From positions 14,382 to 78,381 of the forward strand of contig CASEYR010000008.1 of assembly GCA_949292205.1 (NCBI GenBank): a stretch of DNA of 64,000 bases, given 5' to 3'. This document shows, in pieces, positions 49,388 to 60,365 of this stretch. The DNA comes from an uncultured Alphaproteobacteria bacterium (lineage in GTDB: Bacteria; Pseudomonadota; Alphaproteobacteria; CAAHEQ01; UBA3637). The position numbers and the translations under genes were made by a program. The notes beneath the pieces were generated by a model that made no database searches, was not told the origin of the DNA, and worked only from the letters and a program-made list of their open reading frames with translations. Numbering within the stretch: the first letter of the stretch is position 1; every line of letters begins with the position of its first letter.

Positions 49388-50803
49388 ATGAAACAAACAT
49401 TCACAAAAGTCGTGGCCACATTAGGCCCCGCAACGTCTAGTGACGATAAAATCAAATCTCTTATGCGTGCAGGTGTCAATGTTTTCCGTTTAAATTTTAG
49501 TCATGGAGATCATGCAGAACATCAAAGGCGATTTGATATTATTCGCAAACTTTCAAAAGAAAATAAGACACATTATAGTATTTTAGCTGATATGCAGGGT
49601 CCAAAACTTCGAGTCGGACATTTTCAAAACGAACAAATTACATTAAAAGTCGGTCAAAATTTCAGATTAGATATGGATGAAACACCCGGCGATGAAACGC
49701 GAGTATCCTTAATGCATCCTGAAATTTTTGCTGTTTTAAAAGCAGATATGACTCTTTTATTAAATGATGGGCAAATCCAACTACGTGTAAAAGATTTTGG
49801 AAAAAACTATGTAAATACAGAAGTTATCGTTGGCGGTCCCTTATCCGATCATAAAGGGGTCAATGTTCCTGATGTTATTCTACCTATTTCGGCCTTAACA
49901 GAAAAAGATAAAAAAGATTTAGCTTTTGCTTTAAAACTAGGGGTTGATTGGATTTGCTTATCATTTGTGCAACAACCGGAAGATGTTCAAATGGCACGAG
50001 AGTTAATCGGAGACAAAGCCGGTATTATCGTTAAAATAGAAAAACCATCAGCACTTATCCATTTAGATGAAATTGTTGATTTAGCTGACGGAATTATGGT
50101 TGCCCGCGGTGATTTGGGTGTTGAATGTCCGATCGAATCCGTTCCATCATTGCAACGTCGTATTGTTGAAACATGCCGTTTAGCAGGTAAGCCTGTTATC
50201 GTCGCAACTCAAATGCTGGAAAGTATGATTCATGCCCCCGTTCCGACACGTGCCGAAGTATCTGATGTCGCAACGGCTGTTTATGAGGGGGCTGATGGCG
50301 TGATGTTATCTGCCGAAACAGCTATGGGAGAGTATCCGATACAGGCTGTTTCCATGATGAAACGGATAATCTCTCAAATTCAACAAGATGCTTACTATGG
50401 ACCGGCGATGGAGGCTCAATCCTTACCGAAAGACAAAACGGTTGCCAGTGCTATTACCTATAGTATGAAAAAGATGGTCAAGGCTTTGGATAAGCCAGCC
50501 TGTATCGCAACCTATTCTGTTTCAGGCAAGACAACTCTGCGAGCTGCTCGTGAAAGAGCTCTTGTCCCCATTCTTGGATTAACACCTGATGAAAAAGTAG
50601 CCAATAAAATGGCTCTGGTTTGGGGTATTCATCCGTTTGTTACCAAGAACTTGAAAGATATGAATGCTGTCTCTCCGGTTGCCGTCGAAACAGCAAAGGA
50701 ACTCAAGTTAGCGAAAAAAGGAGATGAAGTTATTATTACGGCAGGTATCCCCTTCGCTGAAAGAGGAACAACAAACATTCTTCATATTGCAACGGTAGAA
50801 TAA
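49388..50803 (+). CDS. pyk: Pyruvate kinase
   Basis: TKVVATLGPA, FRLNFSHG, D.QGPKLR, KIEKP, MVARGDLGVE, ATQMLESM, VMLSAETA. Confidence 0.98.
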   Translation: MKQTFTKVVATLGPATSSDDKIKSLMRAGVNVFRLNFSHGDHAEHQRRFDIIRKLSKENKTHYSILADMQGPKLRVGHFQNEQITLKVGQNFRLDMDETPGDETRVSLMHPEIFAVLKADMTLLLNDGQIQLRVKDFGKNYVNTEVIVGGPLSDHKGVNVPDVILPISALTEKDKKDLAFALKLGVDWICLSFVQQPEDVQMARELIGDKAGIIVKIEKPSALIHLDEIVDLADGIMVARGDLGVECPIESVPSLQRRIVETCRLAGKPVIVATQMLESMIHAPVPTRAEVSDVATAVYEGADGVMLSAETAMGEYPIQAVSMMKRIISQIQQDAYYGPAMEAQSLPKDKTVASAITYSMKKMVKALDKPACIATYSVSGKTTLRAARERALVPILGLTPDEKVANKMALVWGIHPFVTKNLKDMNAVSPVAVETAKELKLAKKGDEVIITAGIPFAERGTTNILHIATVE

Positions 50804-50831
50804 AAAAGGTGGTTTAAATACCACCTTTTTT
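50802..50831. terminator. Bidirectional terminator between pyk and pilin-like gene
   Basis: AAAAAAGGTGGT-N5-ACCACCTTTTTT. Confidence 0.85.
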
Positions 50832-50856
50832 ATTAACTGTTTTGGCTATGATAGAG

Positions 50857-52020
50857 CTAACCCGATGTGGGTGGTGTACATGTTCCATTATTCCACTCAC
50901 CCGTCCATGTTCCTCCACATGATTCACACTGAGCCTTGTATTGTAAGGAACCAACCTCTACGGTTGAACAATCCTCACACTTACCACCGACAGAAACTGT
51001 CCCATCAGCACATCGCCTGCAATAACCTCCGCCATATGCAAAATTACACCAATTACATGCTGTTCCAACTCCGGTCATACCAACCGGATTATCCCAAACA
51101 TATCCATCATCATTCCCTTCATCACAGGCATAACATCTTCCACCCTGACTATTAACGCCATGTAACGGCTTATCAATAGGACATTTACACACCCCATTTA
51201 CCTCTATCATCCCCTCGGGACACTCTAAACGACAATAAAAGGCTGAATCTGAAACTCTATTTGGACACATCGAACAAGCCTGTCCCGCTGGAAAATAGAA
51301 TACAGTCTCAGAATAACAATCTATGCATTGCCCATTATTTTTATTGGGCATAAATTGTCCCGGAGGACAACACAAGCCATTCCAACTCACACAACAAGTT
51401 TTTTCACCTTTTTCATTTTCAGAAACAGAGCTGCAACAAAAACCATCTATCATTTTATCAGTAGAACAACAAACCTTACTGTGAGCATTATTAATATCAA
51501 TACCACATTCCTGTCCATCGGGACAACTTTCTTGACAGACACCATCAATACAATCATCGCACTTAGATGAACAATCCGATTTCTTTGTACAATGTTCCGG
51601 TTTTTCTGCTGAGGCCCCCAAAGTACTCGTAAATTCAAACTGTATCCGATTTGTTTCTTGACATATATCTGCATTATTCTGAGCTATTGTATCCCCCACA
51701 TAAATAGCTATCGGTAATTTAAAGTCCGCTCTGACAATTTGCTCACAAACGCCTTGTGGAATATCGGAAAGTGTAATAGCAAAGAAATTGTCACTCAATA
51801 AAAGCTGTTGAACAGGATACCCCTGCTCCGTTTCTGATTTAAACTCTGGCGTATCTACCGTTCTCCCAACCATTAATTTTTGTGAAATAATAATGGCTCG
51901 TTTTTTAACCTCATTGATAATCTCATTGGATTGATACTTATCCATAGCCCAGCGATAACCCATAATGCCACCGATTGCCAAGACACCCATCAAAGCCAGA
52001 ACGCCCAGCATTTCCACCAT
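50857..52020 (-). CDS. Type IV pilin-like protein with CxxC-rich C-terminal region
   Basis: MVEMLGVLALMGVLAIGGIMGY preceded in frame by KRSKENESG|RS; pilin-like head then many CxxC motifs; true start uncertain. Confidence 0.82.
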   Translation of the reverse strand: MVEMLGVLALMGVLAIGGIMGYRWAMDKYQSNEIINEVKKRAIIISQKLMVGRTVDTPEFKSETEQGYPVQQLLLSDNFFAITLSDIPQGVCEQIVRADFKLPIAIYVGDTIAQNNADICQETNRIQFEFTSTLGASAEKPEHCTKKSDCSSKCDDCIDGVCQESCPDGQECGIDINNAHSKVCCSTDKMIDGFCCSSVSENEKGEKTCCVSWNGLCCPPGQFMPNKNNGQCIDCYSETVFYFPAGQACSMCPNRVSDSAFYCRLECPEGMIEVNGVCKCPIDKPLHGVNSQGGRCYACDEGNDDGYVWDNPVGMTGVGTACNWCNFAYGGGYCRRCADGTVSVGGKCEDCSTVEVGSLQYKAQCESCGGTWTGEWNNGTCTPPTSG

Positions 52021-52276
52021 GCTTCGTCCCGATTCATTCTCTTTACTTCTCTTTATTCGGGTATATGTTTCACTTAATTCTACATTAAATTGTTACGATT
52101 TCAGGCGTTAACTCATCTCGTGTAAAAATAGAACACAAGTCTTTTAATCTTTTTCTTTTTTCTCTTGACTTATCTGTCCCGTTCGTGCTATCTCTTTCCG
52201 TAACGGTTTAATGTTCCTTTTTTTGTTATAATCATTTTCGGATACTAACAATTCATAATTTACTGATTTTTTTATT

Positions 52277-53539
52277 TTAGTTTTTACGCAACAAACAACT
52301 GTAAAAGCCATCATACCCCTGATCGGGACAAAAACGCAAGCTACCATACTCTGTCAAAAAAGGAGTCCAACGGTTATCAGTCGGATGAATAATTTCTACT
52401 AGCCCCGTTTCTAGAACAGATTGAACAACTGCGTCCCCCTCCTCTGGTTGCAAAGAGCACGTCGAAAAAACGATTTCTCCTCCTTTTTTTGTTAGCTTAA
52501 TCGCTTTTTTAAGAAGTTCTTTCTGAATTTTCGCCAACCGAGCAATATCATCAGGCTGACGAATATACTTCAGATCGGGATGACGTTGCAAAGTCCCCGT
52601 TGCCGAGCACGGTGCATCTAATAATACGGCATCAAATTTTTCTTTTTCGGCCAAGTCCAAGGCATTTGCACACGCAATATGAACTTGTTCAGTCAAATTC
52701 AATCGTTGCATATTCTCTCGCAATCGAACCAATCGTTTATCTGAGACATCATAGGCATATACTTTAGCCCCACGGCACGCAAGCTGAGCCGTTTTTCCTC
52801 CTGGAGCCGCACACAAATCAGCGACAACTTTTCCCGTTAAGTCGGAAAACAATTGAGCCGGCACACTGGCAGCACCGTTTTGAACCCAAGCCCGTGCCTT
52901 TTCGAAATCAATCAAATCCAAAGGAGAGCCACCATCAAGCCGAATAGAACCTGTAACTAAAACATCTCCTTTCCATTTATCAGCCCAAAATGAAGTATTA
53001 TCGCATACGCTAATATCCAAAGGCGGTGTATTTAAAATAATGGCAGCAAAGCTATCGGCACGTTTTTTTCCATATGCTTTAACCCAAGAATCATATAGCC
53101 AATGTGGTAAGTTAATCGACGAATCCTCAAGACCAGATAATGGATTTTCCAGCCGAGTCATAGCACGTAAAACACCGTTTATCAAGCCGGTCAATCCGTC
53201 CAGATGCATTTTTCTGGCCACCGAAACAGAGGTATTAACAAAAGCATAATCCGGTGTTCCTAAAAAAACGCCCTGAGTAACGCCCAATCTTAAGATTGCC
53301 CAAGCTGTTTTTTGTCGTTTAGGCAAGGGACGCTTCATCAAGCGATTTAAAATACCATCTATCTGACCCAATCGACGCAGACAAGTTGTCACCAACAACC
53401 GAACGAAACGCCGATCGGAAGAGTCTAATTCAGAATATACCTTATCTGCTGAAAAAGCCTCATCTGAGGTACACAGACGATCGGTAATAGCCTCCAGAAT
53501 ACGAACGGCACACAAACGTGAACTCAGATTTTCCGACAT
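52277..53539 (-). CDS. rsmB: 16S rRNA m5C methyltransferase RsmB/Sun
   Basis: NusB-like N-terminus, DLCAAPGGKT, LLDAPCSATGT..RHPD, FSTCSL..EEG. Confidence 0.93.
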   Translation of the reverse strand: MSENLSSRLCAVRILEAITDRLCTSDEAFSADKVYSELDSSDRRFVRLLVTTCLRRLGQIDGILNRLMKRPLPKRQKTAWAILRLGVTQGVFLGTPDYAFVNTSVSVARKMHLDGLTGLINGVLRAMTRLENPLSGLEDSSINLPHWLYDSWVKAYGKKRADSFAAIILNTPPLDISVCDNTSFWADKWKGDVLVTGSIRLDGGSPLDLIDFEKARAWVQNGAASVPAQLFSDLTGKVVADLCAAPGGKTAQLACRGAKVYAYDVSDKRLVRLRENMQRLNLTEQVHIACANALDLAEKEKFDAVLLDAPCSATGTLQRHPDLKYIRQPDDIARLAKIQKELLKKAIKLTKKGGEIVFSTCSLQPEEGDAVVQSVLETGLVEIIHPTDNRWTPFLTEYGSLRFCPDQGYDGFYSCLLRKN

Positions 53540-53548
53540 AGCATTCTT

Positions 53549-55096
53549 CTATGGTCGTCGCAAGAACGCCGGCAAATCCATATTATCATCCAAATCAAAC
53601 AGAGGCGTTTCTTTCGGTTCTTTTCTCGGGGCCGGTTTCGGAGCATGTCGTTTCCCCATCAAATTCGGCACCAAATCAAACAAACTGCTCCGAACTGTTT
53701 TGACATTGGCATCCCCTTGTTTAGCGGCTACATCAACTTCTTCACGCACTTCCGGAATATCATCTATCGAGACAGGTTCCGGCATAATCGGAGTCTTTTC
53801 TTCAAACAGAGCCGGCTCTGGAATTGTCGGAGGTTCCGGCAAATCAACGGCTAAATTAACCTGTGTTCGCTCTAGAACGACCTCAGGTTGAATCAACATG
53901 GATTCATTTGGTAAAGAGGGAGCCGTGCGAATAAGTGCAGGCTCATCCACCTCAAGATTAGGTGTAGATTCTTGAACCGTTTCGATTACAGGAGGCGCCG
54001 AAAATACCGTTGTCGGGGTAACTTCAATCGGTTTAACTTCCGGCTTCTTCGGCTGTTCGGATATATTCTGAGCGGCATCCTTAACCGTTTCATCAATTCC
54101 GGTTGCAACCAAAGAAACACGTATTTTTCCTTGAAGTTCTTCGTTCATAGTTGCGCCAAAGATAATGTTTGCATCCGGATGCAATTCGGCAACAATTCGC
54201 TCTGTAGCCGTATCAACTTCACTCAACGTCAAATCAGAACCACCGGACACATTGATTAAAATACTCCTAGCCCCTTTAACCGTCGTATTATCCAATAACG
54301 GATTGGAAATAGCCCGCTCTGCCGCTTCGGCCGCACGATTCTCGCCACTGCTTTCGCCGGTTCCCATCATTGATCGTCCCATATCAGACAAAACCGTCCG
54401 AACATCGGCAAAATCCAAGTTGATTAACCCCGGATTCATGACCAAATCCGTAATACTGCGAACCCCTTGACACAAGACATCGTCGGCAATTTTAAAAGCC
54501 TCGGCAAACGTTGTTTTATCGCCGGCAATTCGAAACAGATTTTGATTTGGAATCACAATTAAAGTATCCACATATTTTTGTAACTCTATAATTCCTTGTT
54601 CGGCAACCCGCATTCGTCTAGCACCCTCAAAACGGAAGGGTTTTGACACGACCCCCACCGTTAAAATATTCATTTCTTTAGCCAGTTTAGCAATAACGGG
54701 AGCAGCCCCCGTTCCCGTTCCACCACCCATTCCGGCCGTAATAAATAATAAATGCAGTCCGTTCAATGATTCTTTAATTTTATCGGCCGTTTCTTCGGCA
54801 GCTGCTTTACCAACATCCGGATTAGCACCAGCACCGAGACCTTTTGTAATAGCAACGCCTAACTGTAATCTATCGGCCACCAACGATTTTGACAAAGCCT
54901 GAGCGTCCGTATTTGCCGCAAAGAAAGAAACACCGGATAGTTCCGAGGCCACCATATTATTGACGGCATTACCACCGGCACCGCCAACACCGATTACACC
55001 GATATTAGGCGTCAACAGAACTTCCGGCGGAGGCGTTGCCAAACCGATTGATAATCCACTGTCTTCAGTAACACTTAAAAATTCTTGATTAGCCAT
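53549..55096 (-). CDS. ftsZ: Cell division protein FtsZ
   Basis: [30 protein letters not shown], long Pro/Glu linker, DLPAFLRR. Confidence 0.98.
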   Translation of the reverse strand: MANQEFLSVTEDSGLSIGLATPPPEVLLTPNIGVIGVGGAGGNAVNNMVASELSGVSFFAANTDAQALSKSLVADRLQLGVAITKGLGAGANPDVGKAAAEETADKIKESLNGLHLLFITAGMGGGTGTGAAPVIAKLAKEMNILTVGVVSKPFRFEGARRMRVAEQGIIELQKYVDTLIVIPNQNLFRIAGDKTTFAEAFKIADDVLCQGVRSITDLVMNPGLINLDFADVRTVLSDMGRSMMGTGESSGENRAAEAAERAISNPLLDNTTVKGARSILINVSGGSDLTLSEVDTATERIVAELHPDANIIFGATMNEELQGKIRVSLVATGIDETVKDAAQNISEQPKKPEVKPIEVTPTTVFSAPPVIETVQESTPNLEVDEPALIRTAPSLPNESMLIQPEVVLERTQVNLAVDLPEPPTIPEPALFEEKTPIMPEPVSIDDIPEVREEVDVAAKQGDANVKTVRSSLFDLVPNLMGKRHAPKPAPRKEPKETPLFDLDDNMDLPAFLRRP

Positions 55097-56334
55097 TGCA
55101 TCACCTTTCCCAAACGACCTTTTTGTTTGACTTGCCCGTTAAATTGCTCAACCGGCATCCGTTGATAATCCGCCAAAACATACTTGAGTAATCCCATACA
55201 TGTTACAAATGTATACGAATCAAATTGATTTGGCAAGTTTTTTATTGTGCCTGGCTTACCTAATCGCACATTTCCGTTTAAAAGAGCCGCTGACTTTTCT
55301 TTTAATCCTTGCAACTCACTACCGCCACCGCATAAAACCAGACGACGAGCTGCCACCGAAAAAACTTCCTTTTCATCGAGTACTCGGCCAGCTCGCTCTA
55401 AGATTTCCTCTAATCTAGGCACAATAATTTTAATTAAATCCGCTCGGGGAATTTGGATATTGGACCCATCCTCTTCACCGATAATTGGAACGATTAAACG
55501 CTCTAGCTCGTCTTTCGGGGAGAGAAAAGCGGCGCCATTTAAGGTTTTCAATCGTTCGGCAGTCGCCAATGAAGCACTTAGTCCCTGAGCAATATCCCGC
55601 GTAATAGCATTCCCACCGCGCGCAACAAGTCCCAAATGAACCAATCCGCCACTTAAAAACAGCGCCAAAGATGTTGTTCCAGCCCCCATATCAATAACCG
55701 TTGCACCGATTTCTTTTTCCTCATCAGACAAAACAGCCAAAGCCGAAGCATAAGGTGTTGCCACTTTCATATCAATACCGACATGGCATCTGTCCAAAAC
55801 CATCACTAGGTTTCTTAATTGTGTTTCCGGAATCGTAATAACGTGAACATGAGCCCCCAAAGTTGTTGCATATAATCCTCTGGGATCATTAATACCTTGC
55901 TCTTTATCAACAACATATCCCAGCGGGAAAGTATGAATAACCTCATCTTCCGCAGAAACGCAAGAAGCAACCATACCATCTACCAAATGTTTTACATCCG
56001 TTGCCGTAATTGGATGTCCATCGGCTATGGTTGTTTCCTGATAAAGATGATTCGATTTTAACTGACTTGATGAGATGTTAACCGTTACCGAATCAATTTG
56101 ACGATCTGCTTGTTTTTCGATTTGAGCCAGAACAGACCCGATACATTCCGTTGCTTTATCCAAATCCACGATAGCACCGGCTTTAATACCCTTGGCCGGA
56201 GCATACCCAAAGCCAACGACTTCCGGCTTTCCGTCAGCCGGCACATGAACCATCAGGCCACATATTTTTGATGTTCCGATATCCAGAACGGTAACATATG
56301 ACTTACCCTTTGAACGTATCCCGCCAAATCTCAT
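55075..56334 (-). CDS. ftsA: Cell division protein FtsA
   Basis: [28 protein letters not shown]-terminal amphipathic helix. Confidence 0.96.
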   Translation of the reverse strand: MRFGGIRSKGKSYVTVLDIGTSKICGLMVHVPADGKPEVVGFGYAPAKGIKAGAIVDLDKATECIGSVLAQIEKQADRQIDSVTVNISSSQLKSNHLYQETTIADGHPITATDVKHLVDGMVASCVSAEDEVIHTFPLGYVVDKEQGINDPRGLYATTLGAHVHVITIPETQLRNLVMVLDRCHVGIDMKVATPYASALAVLSDEEKEIGATVIDMGAGTTSLALFLSGGLVHLGLVARGGNAITRDIAQGLSASLATAERLKTLNGAAFLSPKDELERLIVPIIGEEDGSNIQIPRADLIKIIVPRLEEILERAGRVLDEKEVFSVAARRLVLCGGGSELQGLKEKSAALLNGNVRLGKPGTIKNLPNQFDSYTFVTCMGLLKYVLADYQRMPVEQFNGQVKQKGRLGKVMQWLIKNF

Positions 56335-57116
56335 GAAGCACCTCCTTTTTGAGTCCGAACAATCAATCTGTCAGGCAACCGTAAATCTATCACTTTTAAA
56401 TCCCTTTTTAAAATTTGTCCCTCTTCGTTCAGTTGCTGTAGCCGAGCCAAAGCCGTTCCAATACCTGTCTCCGGCAAATAAATCTCGGTACCGGCTTCGG
56501 CATCATTTAAAATTAAATTCCAACGGCGACCACCGACACGAACAGCGGAACGAACTTTAACCGCTATCTCTTTGTATTCATCTAACAAGCGAATCAAAGC
56601 CGGCGTATGTTTCGGTGCATCTTGACCAACAACTAATAATAAATTACCCAGAACGGTCTTATCGTCTTGAATTGGCTTTCCATCCTCATCTAATGGAAAA
56701 TATCGCTTTTTATTTTGCCAAACGGCAATCGGCTTTTTTTCTTCAATTTGGATAAAGACTGTGGACGGCAAGTGGCGTTCAACCGTTACTTTTTTAACCC
56801 ATGGCAATTTTAATAATTTTGCCCGAGATTCCTCTAAATCAATATCGAAAATGGGCATTCCCTGTGTTAAACTCAAAGTAGAGTTAATATCACTTTGATT
56901 TGTTCTGATATGACCGGAGACCAAAACCTGATCCAAAACCAGATGAGCCTTATCACACGTAACATCATATGCCTTTTGCGCAAATGCGATAACAGGCTTT
57001 CCCCAAGGAGAGACAAAGAAGCCAAAGACACCACCACACACCAACACGATTAAGCCAATCATCAACTTAACTTTCAAGGAAACGATTGGCTTTTTTTTCT
57101 TTTTTATTTTCCGCAC
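56331..57116 (-). CDS. ftsQ: Cell division protein FtsQ
   Basis: Basic N-terminus, TM helix, POTRA (LPWVK.V.V.R.LP), RRWNL, IDLRLPDRL. Confidence 0.93.
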   Translation of the reverse strand: MRKIKKKKKPIVSLKVKLMIGLIVLVCGGVFGFFVSPWGKPVIAFAQKAYDVTCDKAHLVLDQVLVSGHIRTNQSDINSTLSLTQGMPIFDIDLEESRAKLLKLPWVKKVTVERHLPSTVFIQIEEKKPIAVWQNKKRYFPLDEDGKPIQDDKTVLGNLLLVVGQDAPKHTPALIRLLDEYKEIAVKVRSAVRVGGRRWNLILNDAEAGTEIYLPETGIGTALARLQQLNEEGQILKRDLKVIDLRLPDRLIVRTQKGGAS

Positions 57117-58027
57117 GAAGCCTCCTCAACCAAACGAGCAACTAAATCCTGATAAGATAACCCTCGACAAACACGAACGACCTCGGGCACTAAAGACAAC
57201 TGTGTCATCCCGGGGTTTGTGTTAATTTCCAGAAACACCAGTCTGGGATGTTCCGGTTCTGTTTCGTCATCCAACCGAAAATCACTCCGAGACGTTCCAT
57301 TACACATCAGAACACGATGAGCCTTTAAAGCCTCAGCCATTGCCAAATCATATACATCTTTCGGCAGCTGAGCCGGAATAACATGTTCTGCCGCACCCGC
57401 CGTATATTTATTATTGAAGTCATAGTAACCTTTTTGAGGTATAATTTCAACGACCCCGATGGCCTCATCATCCAATATGACAACAGATAACTCACGTCCC
57501 GGTATATAGGCCTCCATCAGCATTTTTTTATCAGGGGAAGCCGTTTTTAGAAAGTTCTCTTTATCCGCAGAAGTTCGAATAATTGATACCCCTAAAGAAG
57601 AACCTTCATCATTTGGTTTTAAAACATACGGCATCGGTAAATCTCTATTTTCCCGAATATCCGCAACAGAAACAATCCGTCCTTCGGCAACGGCAATACC
57701 GGCCTCTCGAATAATACGACGTGTCATTTCCTTATTCATTCCGATACTTGAGGCCATAACCCCCGAATGCGTATAGGGAATACCCATTAAATTCAAAACG
57801 CCTTGGATACACCCGTCTTCACCATAACGCCCATGCAAGGCATTAAAAACAACGTCTGGTTTTTCTTGATAGAGAGTATCTACAAAATCTTTAATATCTG
57901 CCGTTAAATCATAGGTAATAACATCATATCCTGTTGCCTTCAAAGCCTCTGCCACACCGGAACCGCTTATTAGGGAAATAGAACGTTCCGATGATAATCC
58001 GCCCATGACAACCATTACTTTTTTCAT
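57104..58027 (-). CDS. ddl: D-alanine--D-alanine ligase
   Basis: GG.SSER.ISL.SG, FNALHG.YGEDG, PYTHSG, EGSS.GV, LEINT.PGMT..SLVP. Confidence 0.97.
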   Translation of the reverse strand: MKKVMVVMGGLSSERSISLISGSGVAEALKATGYDVITYDLTADIKDFVDTLYQEKPDVVFNALHGRYGEDGCIQGVLNLMGIPYTHSGVMASSIGMNKEMTRRIIREAGIAVAEGRIVSVADIRENRDLPMPYVLKPNDEGSSLGVSIIRTSADKENFLKTASPDKKMLMEAYIPGRELSVVILDDEAIGVVEIIPQKGYYDFNNKYTAGAAEHVIPAQLPKDVYDLAMAEALKAHRVLMCNGTSRSDFRLDDETEPEHPRLVFLEINTNPGMTQLSLVPEVVRVCRGLSYQDLVARLVEEASCGK

Positions 58028-58029
58028 TG

Positions 58030-58968
58030 CTATCCTTTGTCAACCCCCAATTTACGCACTTCCCACTCCAAAGTAACACCCTGAGTTTCTTGGACTTTTT
58101 TTCTAATTTTCTCACCCAGTGTTTCAATATCTTTGGCGGTAGCGTTTCCTGTGTTAATTAAGAAATTAGCATGCTTATCGGACACAACAGCGCCCCCGAC
58201 TCTAGCACCTCTAAATCCGGCATTTTCAATCAATTTCCAAGCCATCAATCCGTCCGGATTTTTGAAAGTAGAGCCGGCCGTCCGAACGCCTTGCGGTTGA
58301 GAAGCCTCTCGCTTTTTCCGATACTCAGCCGTTTTTGAACGAATTTCCTCCACATCATCGACAAGAGTCCCTTGCATAACCGCTTCCAAGAAAATCCAAT
58401 CATTCGGCAGATAGCACTGACGATAAGCAAACACATCCATTTCTCTCGGATCAATTTCGGTTACCTCTCCGTTTGCCATCATCACCAGAACAGATATCAA
58501 ACGATCAGACATAGATTGTTTAAAAGCCCCTGCATTCATTCGGATAGCACCACCGACAGATCCCGGAATACCCGACAAAAATTCAAAACCGCTTAATTTA
58601 TGACGCTCTGCGACCCGAGCTACCTCCATAACAGAGGCTGCCGCACCACAAATAATTTTATTTCCTTCCACGCGGACGGAAGCAAAGGGCTTACCCAAGT
58701 GAACGGTAATCCCAGGTATACCGCCGTCTCGAATCAGAACATTGCTCCCTGCCCCCAAAACGGTTAAAGGTTCATCAGGCAAAAAACGAATCAACATGGA
58801 TAAATCAGACACATCTGCCGGCTCAAAATAAACCGTAGCAGGTCCGCCGACACCAAACCAAGTTTTACGCCCTATTGGTTCATTTTCCACAACTTGCCCA
58901 GACAGTGGCGGAAGTCTATCCAACAATCGTGGCTTTCGGTCAAACAATCGAGACAACCACTTTATCAT
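58030..58968 (-). CDS. murB: UDP-N-acetylenolpyruvoylglucosamine reductase
   Basis: TWFGVGGPA, G.GSNVLIRDGG, GIPGSVGGAIRMNAGA, GSTFKNP, KHANFLIN. Confidence 0.97.
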   Translation of the reverse strand: MIKWLSRLFDRKPRLLDRLPPLSGQVVENEPIGRKTWFGVGGPATVYFEPADVSDLSMLIRFLPDEPLTVLGAGSNVLIRDGGIPGITVHLGKPFASVRVEGNKIICGAAASVMEVARVAERHKLSGFEFLSGIPGSVGGAIRMNAGAFKQSMSDRLISVLVMMANGEVTEIDPREMDVFAYRQCYLPNDWIFLEAVMQGTLVDDVEEIRSKTAEYRKKREASQPQGVRTAGSTFKNPDGLMAWKLIENAGFRGARVGGAVVSDKHANFLINTGNATAKDIETLGEKIRKKVQETQGVTLEWEVRKLGVDKG

Positions 58969-60365
58969 TTCAGCTTTCCTTTCAAAGCCTTAACCAACTC
59001 AACAGATTGCGTTGATATAGAACCGGCTCCCAAACAAACAACCGTATCATAGGGACGAATTTGTCCGGCCACCAGATCCGGAAGAGATTTAAAATCGGGA
59101 ACATAGATTGCTTTTGGGTGTCGCACCGACAAAGCCTGAGCAAACTTTTCTCCCGATATATCCTTAATCGGCCCTTCTCCTGCCCCGTAGACATCACAAA
59201 CCAGAACGATATTAGCGTCATTAAAACAAGTCAAAAAATCATTCCATAAATCCCGTAACCGAGAATATCTATGTGGTTGAAAGACAGCAATCACGCGTCC
59301 TTGTGTTCCATTCCGAACGGCTTTCAAAGTTGCTTGAATTTCGACGGGGTGATGAGCATAATCATCATAAACAGTTACCTCTGTACCAATAACCCCCCGC
59401 GGTGTCAGTCGCCGTTGTATTCCTTTAAAATTAGCTAAAGTCCGCTTAATCACTCTGTCCGATAATCCCATCTGAGCAGCTACGGCAACCGCCGCCATTG
59501 CGTTAGCGATATTATGTGTTCCCATTAAGGACAATTCAACATCTTTAATTTTATGAAACTTACTGCCCTGACGAACAAAGACATCGAAAACAAAGCCACC
59601 TGTTTTTGTCCGAATATGGTCCGGATGAACATCTGCTTGTCGATCCAACCCATATGTGATAATTTTACGTTCCGGCAACGATGCAATAATTTCACGAACA
59701 ACGGGATGATCAAAACAGGCAATCGTGCATCCATAAAAAGCGGTTTGTCGAATGAACTCACGATAAGCCATCTTCATATGATCAAAAGTTTTATAAAACT
59801 CCATATGTTCCGGATCGATATTCGTGATGACTGAAATAGTTGTCGGCAGTCTTAAGAAAGAACCATCTGATTCATCGGCTTCTACCACGACCCAGTCACC
59901 CTTGCCCAATCGAGCATTAGATGCTTGAGCATTCAAAATACCTCCGATAACGAAGCTCGGTTTTTTTCCACCCTCCATCATCAAGCTGGCAATCAAAGAA
60001 GATGTCGTCGTTTTTCCATGAGTTCCCGACACGCAAATACTTTGTTTATACTTTAAAATCTCGGCTAACATTTCGGAACGATGTCCAACAGCTAAACCAC
60101 GGCGACGCGCCTCAATCAATTCCGGATTATCCCGATGAATCGCACTGGAAATAACGACGGCATCAACACCGTCCAAATGACTGGCATCATGTCCGATAAA
60201 AACAGAAATCCCTTGTTTAGAAAGACGCTTGGTATTAGCATTTTCGACATTATTGGAACCTTGTACATGAACGCCTAAATCATTCAGCATTTCGGCAATA
60301 GCACTCATACCAATGCCACCGATTCCGATAAAGTGAATTTTATGTAGTGGAAGAGTCAGTTTCAT
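58965..60365 (-). CDS. murC: UDP-N-acetylmuramate--L-alanine ligase
   Basis: HFIGIGGIGMS, GTHGKTTT, EADESDGSF, DDYAHHP.E, FQPHRYSR; start moved to ATG 60365. Confidence 0.97.
   Translation of the reverse strand: MKLTLPLHKIHFIGIGGIGMSAIAEMLNDLGVHVQGSNNVENANTKRLSKQGISVFIGHDASHLDGVDAVVISSAIHRDNPELIEARRRGLAVGHRSEMLAEILKYKQSICVSGTHGKTTTSSLIASLMMEGGKKPSFVIGGILNAQASNARLGKGDWVVVEADESDGSFLRLPTTISVITNIDPEHMEFYKTFDHMKMAYREFIRQTAFYGCTIACFDHPVVREIIASLPERKIITYGLDRQADVHPDHIRTKTGGFVFDVFVRQGSKFHKIKDVELSLMGTHNIANAMAAVAVAAQMGLSDRVIKRTLANFKGIQRRLTPRGVIGTEVTVYDDYAHHPVEIQATLKAVRNGTQGRVIAVFQPHRYSRLRDLWNDFLTCFNDANIVLVCDVYGAGEGPIKDISGEKFAQALSVRHPKAIYVPDFKSLPDLVAGQIRPYDTVVCLGAGSISTQSVELVKALKGKLK

Noticed and set aside
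52144-52347. 67-aa ORF between rsmB and the pilin-like gene
   Set aside because: Overlaps the rsmB 3' end, AT-rich low-complexity, no recognisable motif
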